Below the pieces are notes generated by a model. It was not told the DNA's origin. It made no database searches and worked only from the letters and a program-made list of their open reading frames with translations. This document shows, one piece after another, positions 53,404 to 64,000 of a DNA stretch of 64,000 bases. A program made the position numbers and the translations under genes. Position 1 is the first letter of the stretch; every line of letters begins with the position of its first letter. Source of the stretch: Eledone cirrhosa (lineage: Eukaryota); assembly GCA_964016885.1 (NCBI GenBank), contig OZ024742.1, positions 223,882,001 through 223,946,000 of the forward strand, read 5' to 3'.

Positions 53404-54141
53404 TATGTATGTATATATATATATGTATGTATATATATATGTATGTATATATATATATGTATGTATATATATATGTATGTATGTATATATATATATGTAT
53501 GTATATATATATATGTATGTATATATGTATGTATATATATATGTATGTATATATATATGTATGTTGACTTGTTCTTCTTTTTGGTAAATAGCATCTTGGT
53601 TAAGAGAGTGGGACTGGCTTTGTGCAGTGCCTTTGCTCACTATAAAAGCTTCACGGCACAGGCATTGCTTTATATCTGGAGATCTCTCTGCACTTGTCCT
53701 CACATGGGCCCAGCACTATGTGTCAATGATTGTCCTACCATGGGCCTAGCACTATGTGTCAATGATTGTCACAGGTGTAGTGTTTGTACCAGAGGTTTCA
53801 AGTCGCTGGCTGGACTAAAAAGTCACACTCGTTCAGCGCTTCGGTAGGGGTTATCCTACATGGATGTAAAGTAGTGGCCGTACTCGAAAACGAGTTGGCA
53901 GCCACCATGTATATATATATATGTATGTATATATATATATGTATGTATATATATATGTATGTATATATGTATGTATATATATATGTATGTATATATATAT
54001 GTATGTATATATATATGTATGTATATATATATGTATGTATATATATATGTATATATATGTATGTATATATATATATATGTATATATATGTATGTATATAT
54101 ATATATATGTATGTATATATATATGTATGTATATATATATG

Positions 54142-54179
<38 letters not shown>

Positions 54180-54390
54180 TGTATGTATATATGTATGTAT
54201 ATATATATGTATGTATATATATATGTATGTATATATGTATGTATGTATATATGTATGTATATATATATGTATGTATATATGTATGTATATGTATGTATGT
54301 ATATGTATGTATATATATATATGTATGTATATATATATGTATATATATATATATATGTATATATATATGTATGTATGTATATATGTATGT
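49050..54390 (+). repeat. Giant (TA)n/(TATG)n array with embedded element copies at 51214-51808 and 53562-53908
   Basis: Read directly; includes higher-order units such as a 30-bp unit at about 49540-49850. Confidence 0.95.
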
Positions 54391-57300
54391 ATCATCATCA
54401 TCATCATCATCATCATCATTTTACGTCCGCTTTTCCCTGCTTGCAAGGGTGGGACGGGTCTTATTCAGCACAGCATCTCTCCACTCGTCACGGTCCCTCG
54501 TCATCTCCACCGTGAGCTTCAATGATCTGAGGTCTGTTCTCACCACCTCCGCCCATGTTTTTCGTGGTCTACCTCTACCACGTCTTCCTTCAACTGGCAT
54601 TTCCTGGCACTTCTTCACCCATCGGTCATCCTCCATGCGCATCACATGTCCATACCACCTCAGTCTCCTCTCCCGTACACTACATTCTATCCCTCTCAGA
54701 CACAGTTTCTCTCTCAACACATTTATGCTGGGTCGTTCACGCACATTTACACTGCACATCCAACGGAGCATGCTTGCCTCATTTCTCTCCAGCCGTCGCA
54801 TATCTTCTGCGGTAGCTGCCCATGTCTCACTACCATGCAGCATCGCGCTCCTCACACAGGCATCATACAACCGGCCTTTCGTACGCAGGGAGAAACCCTT
54901 CTTCGTCAACAGAGGAAGCAGCTCCCTAAACTTCTTCCAACCCGTCCTTATTCTAGATACTATGGCCTCGGAACACCCTCCTCCCATGCTAATCTGATCT
55001 CCTAGGTACCGGAAGCTATCCACCACTTCTATAGCGCCCTCTCGCATTTGAAAAATGTGTCTATCAGTGCGACTTCTACTGTCTAATTTCCCTGTACATC
55101 TACTGCATACATATTTCTCCCTACCTGTTAGTTTGCCTGCTATCCCGCTACATCTCTTGTGTACCCAGGACCTACATTGTGTGCATTTTATAGAATTTAT
55201 GCCAGTTCCTTTTCTGCATATCGAACATGGCCATTTCCCTGACGGAATCAGGGTTTTGTCCTCTTTTCTACTCATCAACCCTTTTGTCTTAGCTAGATTT
55301 ACTCTCAGTCCTCTTGCTTCCAACTGCTGTTTCCATAGCCGGAATTTATTCTCTAGCTCCTCTACTGATTCTGCCATAAGAGCCAGATCGTCAGCATAGA
55401 GAAGTTCCCATGGACAGCCAGTCTTAAACTCCTCTGTTATGGCTTGGAGGACTATAATGAACAAGAGCGGGCTGAGGACCGAACCCTGATGTACTCCTAC
55501 TTGTATCTGGAATTCCTCACTAAACTCCATTCCTACCCTGACTTTACTGAGAGTACCTCTGTACAAAGTTTGCACTGTCCTTACAAGCCATTCCTCAACA
55601 CCCAGCTTCCTTAGGGACCACCAGATGACAGATCGGGGTACCCTATCAAAGGCCTTCTCTAGGTCAACAAAGGCTAAGTATAGTGGCTTATTCTTCTCTA
55701 AGAACCTCTCTTGCATTTGTCTCACCAAGAAGAGGGCGTCTGTTGTACTCTTCCCAGGCACAAAACCAAACTGCATCTCATCTAGTTTGACCCTTTCTCT
55801 AATTAGTTGTGCTAGAATCCTTTCTGCCACTTTCATAACCTGATCTATCAGTTTTATACCCCTATAATTGCTCCTCTCCAAAGCATCCCCTTTACCTTTG
55901 TAGCAATTTATGAGAATACTGCTGCACCAGTCTTTGGGTATGACACCACCATATATAGCCTGATTGATTATGCGTGCAACCAGTTTAGTGCCTACGTCCC
56001 CTGATGCCTTCAGCATCTCAGCAACTATTCCCGATGGTCCGGCCGCCTTACCATTTTTCATTTCCCTAATCGCCTCTTGGACCCTATATTCGTCAATCTC
56101 AATAGCTGGTCCCTCTGTCGGATCTACCAAGGGTAATTTCTCTCTCTCCCATTCGTTCTCCACATTCATCAGTCTCTCATAATGACATTTCCAGGCCTCC
56201 TTTTTCTGGTCATTCGTGACACTAAGTACACCGGCATCATCCCGGACACATTTATCACCAACAACATCCTGATTTGCATTGACACACTGCCTTGCAATGT
56301 GGAACACCGCACGCCTCTGATCTTCCCGTCGCAGAACATTGGCAAACCTCCTACTCTCTGCCTCCCTGCGTGCTAAGTACACCTGACGTCTAGCTTCTCT
56401 CTTAGTGGCTGTATATTCTTCCCTACTCCCACCCTTATTCCAAGCCTTCCATGCTAGTCTTTTGTCTCTAATAGCCTTATCTACACTGCTGTTCCACCAC
56501 CAGGTCACTCTCTGTCTGGTTGGAGCTCTGCTCCAGCCACAGGTTTCATCAGTAGCCTTCAGCAAGTTGTCACGTAAGAACTTCCAGTTATTATCTATGT
56601 CATACGTCTCTAAATCGTCTTCTTTTTCGTCATATACATCTTGAAGGGCTTTCCTAAATTTGAATTTTAGTGAAAGGTCTTTTAGCTTCCAGACCTTTCT
56701 TCTCCACACCTTCCTATATGTCTCATTCCATCTCTTGCTTACTGAGATATCACTAACAACTAACCTATGCTGTGGGGTACATTCTTCCCCAGGGTATGCC
56801 TTGGTATTAGACACTATCTGCCTGTCCCGCTGCCTAACTAGCAGGAAGTCAATCTGGCTTATGTGCTCACCAGATTTGTAGGTTATTAGGTGATTGGCAG
56901 GTTTCTGGAAGTTTGTGTTGCAAATAGTCAATGTACTTGCATCACAAAATTCAAGAAGTCTCACTCCTTCTTCATTTCTTGAACCGCAACCGTGCCCACC
57001 ATGTACCCCAGTGTAACCATCCTGGAGCTGTCCAACATGACCATTGAAGTCTCCTGCTAGCATAACGATGTCTCCGTCCTCTGTCATTGTGGTTGTTTGC
57101 AAAAGTTGCTCATAAAAGCAGTCTTTCTCATCTTTGCCTAGGCCTGCTTGGGGAGCATAGACCGAGATGATTGTCAGTAGTCTCCTACCTACAACTAATC
57201 TAAGCTTAATTATTCGATTACTAACTCGAACTACCTCTATTGTCTTATTGATCCATTTCTCAGCCAGGAAAATGCCTACTCCCCCTAACCCATCATCCTT

Positions 57301-57680
57301 ACCTACCCAGAATAGCTTATAGCTAAGACGCTTGCCTACGACTAGTCTCGCAGAGGCACCCCTCCATCTCACCTCTTGCACGCAGCACACATCCACCTGC
57401 CTTCTCTCCAGCATCTCCGCTATTTCAGCAGACCTACCTCTGAGAGTGCCAACATTAAGTGTTGCAACTCTGAGATGCGACGTCTTCATATTTTTCTATG
57501 CTGTTTTGTTGCTGTGCTGATAAGCTTTTTGGCATTGATACACTGGTTGGATGCCCTTCCTAACACCAGCGCCACTTTACAGCATGGACTGGGTGCTTTT
57601 ATTTGTGCCACCAGCACTAGAGAGGATGTCTTACTAGACTCAAGGGCCCTCTCTACCCCTCCATTTTACAGCATGGTCAT
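54391..57680 (-). mobile_element. Apparently full-length RTE LINE (family A)
   Basis: About 190-bp 5' UTR, one intact ORF, and a (GAT)n tail directly after the stop codon. Confidence 0.95.
54421..57489 (-). CDS. RTE polyprotein, 1022 aa: APE endonuclease, reverse transcriptase and inserted PHD finger
   Basis: [36 protein letters not shown]; DLEKAFD, QGSVLSP, YADD, FRYLG. No internal stops. Confidence 0.95.
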   Translation of the reverse strand: MKTSHLRVATLNVGTLRGRSAEIAEMLERRQVDVCCVQEVRWRGASARLVVGKRLSYKLFWVGKDDGLGGVGIFLAEKWINKTIEVVRVSNRIIKLRLVVGRRLLTIISVYAPQAGLGKDEKDCFYEQLLQTTTMTEDGDIVMLAGDFNGHVGQLQDGYTGVHGGHGCGSRNEEGVRLLEFCDASTLTICNTNFQKPANHLITYKSGEHISQIDFLLVRQRDRQIVSNTKAYPGEECTPQHRLVVSDISVSKRWNETYRKVWRRKVWKLKDLSLKFKFRKALQDVYDEKEDDLETYDIDNNWKFLRDNLLKATDETCGWSRAPTRQRVTWWWNSSVDKAIRDKRLAWKAWNKGGSREEYTATKREARRQVYLARREAESRRFANVLRREDQRRAVFHIARQCVNANQDVVGDKCVRDDAGVLSVTNDQKKEAWKCHYERLMNVENEWEREKLPLVDPTEGPAIEIDEYRVQEAIREMKNGKAAGPSGIVAEMLKASGDVGTKLVARIINQAIYGGVIPKDWCSSILINCYKGKGDALERSNYRGIKLIDQVMKVAERILAQLIRERVKLDEMQFGFVPGKSTTDALFLVRQMQERFLEKNKPLYLAFVDLEKAFDRVPRSVIWWSLRKLGVEEWLVRTVQTLYRGTLSKVRVGMEFSEEFQIQVGVHQGSVLSPLLFIIVLQAITEEFKTGCPWELLYADDLALMAESVEELENKFRLWKQQLEARGLRVNLAKTKGLMSRKEDKTLIPSGKWPCSICRKGTGINSIKCTQCRSWVHKRCSGIAGKLTGREKYVCSRCTGKLDSRSRTDRHIFQMREGAIEVVDSFRYLGDQISMGGGCSEAIVSRIRTGWKKFRELLPLLTKKGFSLRTKGRLYDACVRSAMLHGSETWAATAEDMRRLERNEASMLRWMCSVNVRERPSINVLREKLCLRGIECSVRERRLRWYGHVMRMEDDRWVKKCQEMPVEGRRGRGRPRKTWAEVVRTDLRSLKLTVEMTRDRDEWRDAVLNKTRPTLASREKRT

Positions 57681-57894
57681 TAAAAAAAAAAAAAAAAAAA
57701 AAGGAAACTTATTGACACGACTCACACACTAATACTCATGCATACAAACCACAACCACACATACCAACACTCATTCATGCATACAATCACGCACACCACT
57801 CACAAACATATATATATATACATATATTACCGACAGTACTGATACAAAATCAAAATCAAAGTCAAAATCAAAATCAAAATCGTCAAAATCGTCA

Positions 57895-59483
57895 ATATGT
57901 ATATATATATGTATGTATATATATATGTATGTATGTATATATATATGTATGTATGTATATATATATATATGTATGTATATATATATGTATGTATATATAT
58001 ATATATATGTATATATATATGTATATATATATGTATATATATATGTATATATATATGTATGTATATATATATGTATATATGTATATATGTATATATATAT
58101 GTATGTATATATGTATATATGTATATATATATGTATGTATATATATATGTATGTATATATATATATGTATGTATATATATATGTATGTATATATGTATGT
58201 ATGTATATATGTATGTATGTATATATATATGTATGTATATATATATGTATGTATATATATATGTATGTATATGTATATATATATGTATGTATATATATAT
58301 GTATGTATATATGTATGTATATGTATATATATATGTATGTATATATATATGTATATATATATGTATGTATATGTATATATATATGTATGTATATGTATGT
58401 ATGTATATGTATATATATATATGTATGTATATATATATGTATGTATATATATATCTATGTATATATATATGTATGTATATATATATGTATGTATATATAT
58501 ATGTATGTATATATATATGTATGTATATATATATGTATGTATATATATATCTATGTATATATATATGTATGTATATATATATCTATGTATATATATATCT
58601 ATGTATATATATATGTATGTATATATATATGTATGTATATATATATGTATGTATATATATATGTATGTATATATATATGTATGTATATATGTATGTATAT
58701 GTATGTATATATATATATGTATGTATATATATATATGTATGTATATATATATGTATGTATATATGTATGTATATATATATGTATGTATATATATATGTAT
58801 ATATATATGCACCAAGGTTTCTTGGTGAGGAGGGTGTCTTTGGACATCCTGCAGGACTAAAAACAAAACCTGTCAAAGGGCAAAGGAGCTCTTAAGAGTC
58901 AATGGCCATCCAAAATCACTGGGAGAGATGACCCCTTAGCCTTTGTCAAGGCAGAATTCTAGAAGGAAAACTCTGATATAACACCTGCAACCCTGATGGT
59001 ATCCAATGATGTTGACTTGTTCTTCTGTTTGGTAAATATCATCTTGGTTAAGAGAGTGGGACTGGCTTAGTGCAGTGCCTTTGCTCACTATAAAAGCTTC
59101 ACGGCACAGGCATTGCTTTATATCTGGAGATCTCTCTGCACTTGTCATCACATGGTACCAAAGGCAAAGCACTATGTGTCAATAATTGTCACAAGTGTAG
59201 TGTTTGTACCAGAGTTTTCAAGTCGCTGGCTGGACTAAAAAGTCACACTCGTTCAGCGCATCGGTAGGGGTTCTCCTACATGGATATAAAGTAGTGGCCG
59301 TACTCGAAAACGAGTTGGCAGCCACCATGTATATATATATGTATATATATATGTATGTATATATATATGTATATATATATGTATGTATATATATATGTAT
59401 ATATATATGTATGTATATATGTATGTATATATATATGTATATATATATGTATGTATATATATATGTATATATATATGTATGTA

Positions 59484-59516
<33 letters not shown>

Positions 59517-59529
59517 ATATATATGTATG

Positions 59530-59560
<31 letters not shown>

Positions 59561-59603
59561 GTATGTATATATGTATGTATGTATATATATGTATGTATGT
59601 ATG

Positions 59604-59636
<33 letters not shown>

Positions 59637-59671
59637 ATATATATGTATGTATGTATATATGTATGTATGTA

Positions 59672-59704
<33 letters not shown>

Positions 59705-59729
59705 ATATGTATGTATGTATATATGTATG

Positions 59730-59760
<31 letters not shown>

Positions 59761-59857
59761 ATATATATGTATGTATATATGTATGTATGTATGTATGTAT
59801 ATATGTATGTATATATGTATGTATGTATATATGTATGTATGTATATATGTATGTATG

Positions 59858-59891
<34 letters not shown>

Positions 59892-60028
59892 TGTATGTAT
59901 GTATGTATATATGTATGTATGTATATATGTATGTATGTATATATGTATGTAAGTATATATGTATGTATGTATATATGTATGTATGTATATATATATGTAT
60001 GTATGTATATATATATGTATGTATGTAT

Positions 60029-60081
<53 letters not shown>

Positions 60082-60365
60082 AAAGCTTCACGGCACAGGC
60101 ATTGCTTTATATCTGGAGATCTCTCTGCACTTGTCGTCACATGGTACCAAAGTCAAAGCACTATGTGTCAATAATTGTCACAAGTGTAGTGTTTGTACCA
60201 GAGTTTTCAAGTCGCTGGCTGGACTAAAAAGTCACACTCGTTCAGCGCATCGGTAGGGGTTCCCCTACATGAATATAAAGTAGTGGCCGTACTCGAAAAC
60301 GAGTTGGCAGCCACCATATATATATATGTATATATGTATGTATGTATATATATATGTATGTATAG

Positions 60366-60396
<31 letters not shown>

Positions 60397-60760
60397 TGTA
60401 TGTATATATATATGTATGTATGTATATGTATGTATAGATATGTATGTATGTGTATGTATGTATATATATATGTATGTATGTATATGTATGTATAGATAGA
60501 TATGTATATGTATGTATAGATAGATATGTATATGTATGTATGTATAGATATGTATATGTATGTATAGATAGATATGTATATATATGTATATATATGTATG
60601 TATATATATGTATATATATGTATGTATAGATATGTATATATATGTATGTATAGATATGTATATATATGTATATATATGTATGTATAGATATGTATATATA
60701 TGTATATATATGTATGTATATATATGTATATATATGTATGTATATATATGTATATATATG
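57895..60760 (+). repeat. (TA)n/(TATG)n array with embedded element copies at 58810-59328 and 60078-60318
   Basis: Read directly. Confidence 0.95.
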
Positions 60761-60761
60761 T

Positions 60762-62798
60762 ACCCCACAGCCAGGAATAAATTTCAAAGCATATTACTTG
60801 ATGCTTTCGACAGTAAGGAAGAACATTTAGAGTCGGACAATATAGAGGGAGAGTGGGAATTTCTGAAAGCAAACCTGCTGTTGGCGACAGACGAGGTCTG
60901 TGGCTGGAGCAGGCCTGTAGGCAGGAGGAGAGTAACATGGTGGTGGAACAGTAAGGTGGAGGGGTCAATTAAGGCCAAAAAGCAGGCTTGGAAAGTATGG
61001 CGGGATGGGGGAAGTAGAGAGGACTATCAAGTGGCCAGGAGGGAAGCTAGGAGACAAGTGTACTTAGCAAGAAGGGAAGCTGAGGAAAGAAAGTTCAAGC
61101 ATGTTCTACAACGCGATGACCAAAAACGTGAGGTGTTCAGGATTGCTAGGCAATGCGTCAAGGAAAACCGTGATATTGTCGGGGAGAAGTGTGTACTAAA
61201 CGACGATGGCACACTTGCCATCACTGACGCTGATAAGAAGGTAGCTTGGAAGTGTCACTATGAAAGGCTTCTAAATGAGGAGAATAATTGGGAGAAAGGC
61301 AGTCTCCCCCATATCGACCCAATAGAGGGACCAGCAGTGTTAGTCGAGGGGAGTATAATAAGTAAGGCAATCAAGGATATGAAGACTGGTAAGGCGGCTG
61401 GGCCTTCGGAAATAGTTGCTGAGATGCTGAAGGCATCTGGCACGGTGGGACACACCATGGTCACCCGCATAGTTAACCAAGTCGTACAGAATGGGGTTGT
61501 TCCGAAGGACTGGCATAGCAGCATCATCGTTAACTGTTATAAGGGTAAAGGAGACGCCCTAGATAGGAGTAACTATAGAGGCATTAAATTAATCGACCAG
61601 GTCATGAAGGTCACGGAAAGAGTAATAGCGCAACTAATCAGAGAGAGAATTGACCTAGATGAAATGCAGTTCGGGTTTGTGTCAGGCAAAAGTACCACAG
61701 ACGCTCTTTTCATAGTACGACAACTACAGGAGAAGTACCTAGCTAAAGGTAAACCCCTCTACTTAGCTTTTGTCGACTTGGAGAAAGCCTTCGACAGAGT
61801 CCCCCGCTCCATTATCTGGTGGGCTCTTAGAAAACTAGGCGTTGACGAATGGCTTGTGAGGGCTATACAAGCCATGTATAAAGAAACAGTCAGCAAGGTT
61901 AGAATTAACAACGAATATAGTGAAGAGTTTAGCGTAAAAGTTGGCGTCCATCAGGGCTCTGTTCTCAGTCCACTACTATTTATTATTGCCCTTCAGGCTA
62001 TAACAGAGGAGTTCAAGACAGGCTGCCCATGGGAACTCCTATACGCAGACGACCTGACACTCATAGCGGAATCAATGGCCGAGCTAGAGAAGAAATTCCA
62101 AACATGGAAGCACGGCCTAGAGTCAAAAGGACTTAAAATTAACCTGGCTAAGACCAAAGTACTAGTTTGTAGGAAAGAAAACAAGGCGGCGGTCCCTTCT
62201 GGGAAATGGTCGTGCTCGGTGTGTAGGAAAGGCGTAGGTAGAAACTCCATTTTATGTCCTAAATGCAAAGTATGGGTGCATAAAAGATGTAGTGGGATCA
62301 CAGGTAAGCTAACTAAGAACATAGATTTTACATGTGGCCGGTGCTCTGGTGCAATAAGTAGCAGCAAGTGCCCACAAACTACTAGCTCTTTCAATTGCGC
62401 AGAGGGTTCTATAGAAATAGTGGACAGCTTCCGTTACCTGGGCGATAAAATCAGCAGTGGGGGAGGGTGCTCTGAAAGTACTGTAGCTAGAGTCAGAACT
62501 GGTTGGAAAAAGTTCAGAGAGCTTATACCACTATTAGCTGCTAAAGGGTTCTCACTAAAAATGAAAGGCAGGTTGTACGATGCCTGCATACGAACAGCAA
62601 TGCTGCATGGCAGTGAGACCTGGGCATTGTGTGCAGAGGATATACGCAGACTAGAGAGGAACGAAGCTTGCATGCTCCGCTGGATGTGTAACAGTAATAT
62701 ACGTGAACGGCAAAGCATAAACGAACTAAGGAAAAAATTAGAGATAAGAGGGATCAGATGTTGTTTACTCGAGAGAAGGCTACGTTGGTATGGACACG
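60762..62798 (+). mobile_element. 5'-truncated RTE LINE (family B) with open frame running into an assembly gap
   Basis: VTWWWN, KAAGPS, YADD, PHD insert, RRLRWYGH; nearly identical to 16418-17388. Confidence 0.95.
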
Positions 62799-62998
62799 NN
62801 NNNNNNNNNNNNNNNNNNNNNNNNNNNNNNNNNNNNNNNNNNNNNNNNNNNNNNNNNNNNNNNNNNNNNNNNNNNNNNNNNNNNNNNNNNNNNNNNNNNN
62901 NNNNNNNNNNNNNNNNNNNNNNNNNNNNNNNNNNNNNNNNNNNNNNNNNNNNNNNNNNNNNNNNNNNNNNNNNNNNNNNNNNNNNNNNNNNNNNNNNN
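62799..62998. other. Assembly gap (200 N)
   Basis: Run of N. Confidence 1.
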
Positions 62999-63015
62999 GA
63001 TTGAACCCGGTATAA

Positions 63016-63112
<97 letters not shown>

Positions 63113-63219
63113 GTAGAACACTGGAAGGTAGTATCCGCTGAGGATTCGCTAAGGTGAAACAATTGTTCTCGGTATGGTGAACTAACTGTTGTGTAACCAC
63201 TTCTATATATATATACATA

Positions 63220-63294
<75 letters not shown>

Positions 63295-63355
63295 ATTTCT
63301 ATATATATATTAATTCAAAATATTAACAAAATAGATATTCTTGTGATCAAGTATA

Positions 63356-63418
63356 TTTTATTATACATATTTCAGAGGTACTGAGTTAAGTTCAACAGTA
63401 CGTCCTCATCAGATAAAA
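63356..63418 (-). ncRNA. Type I hammerhead ribozyme motif
   Basis: UUUUAU-CUGAUGA-GGACGUACUG(12-nt loop)CAGUACCUCU-GAAA-UAUGUA-U-A-AUAAAA: 6-bp stem I, 9 of 10 pairs in stem II, AUA triplet. Confidence 0.72.
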
Positions 63419-64000
63419 AAAAGATGATGCATGACATACCCTGATATAGTAGATGGTTAAGATTCAGACATCGAAACACGAGAAAGAAAATATATAATTC
63501 TTTTATACCCTCACGAAGGTAATCTTTACCAAAATTATTTATAATATTGACAACAGTTTATATAATATAATTTATAAAATAATTATAGTTATAATTATTA
63601 AAGAATTTATGGTTAAATAGTTTGAGTGCCTAAAGGATCAACCGGCCTTATAACTAAACTTAAAGAAGTCTGAATTTTTAATTATATATATGTGTTAATC
63701 AAAACATATACAAGGATTATAATGTCTAAAGACTTAAGTTGATACCTTTCCAATATATATAATATAATACAATAATATAATAATACAATATATTAAATAA
63801 GTTACTGAAAATATTGTTAAAAAAATATATATAGTTAAAATATATTGTTAAAAAATATATTGTTAAAAAATTAATGTTTTATATCAATTATTTTCATTTA
63901 GTTGATATATACTATAAACCAATAAGTCAACACTACATGAGTCCTAATGATAGGGGCTAGATACAACATAAGTATAAAAATAAAAATAAAAATAAAAATA

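Noticed and set aside
49022-54525. Very long ORFs rich in Y/I/C/M/V or H/T (up to 777 aa), also at 1.6-2.1, 19.1-19.5, 29.2-29.8, 34.1-35.2 and 57.9-60.9 kb
   Set aside because: These are translations of stop-free (TA)n/(TATG)n/(CA)n microsatellites, open in several frames on both strands.
57846-57895. (TCAAAA)n run resembling a telomeric or LINE-tail repeat
   Set aside because: It is short, is not TTAGGG, and has no attached element body that I can identify.
37132-64000. ZNRF exon 2 (expected zinc finger KCPxC) and RING exons
   Set aside because: No matching exon was seen by eye; they probably lie beyond the window, though a short exon could have been missed.

Overview
AT-rich, repeat-dominated animal genomic DNA. 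The SINE/LINE repertoire (tRNA-head SINEs with a Nin/Deu-like domain, RTE LINEs with (GAT)n tails, very long (TA)n/(TATG)n tracts) suggests a coleoid cephalopod, probably Octopus; this is an inference. The only host gene I can support is the first coding exon of a ZNRF1/ZNRF2-type E3 ubiquitin ligase (36768-37131, +), with an E-box/CRE promoter about 1.2 kb upstream. Its first intron appears to run to the end of the window. The rest is mobile DNA: one intact-ORF RTE LINE (1022 aa) with a PHD finger inside its RT, many truncated RTEs, three Penelope-like remnants, a maT (DD37D) and a DD41D transposon, a hAT MITE, Helitrons, and a 5'-truncated R2-A-like element lying outside rDNA. The most notable signals are several minimal type I hammerhead ribozyme motifs, a non-autonomous RTE derivative that stacks head-to-tail inside its own microsatellite tails, a 44-bp minisatellite born from an RTE coding motif, and recurrent fold-back hairpins. 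The long YI/CM/HT-rich ORFs are microsatellite artefacts. Boundaries of decayed elements are approximate and were read by eye.
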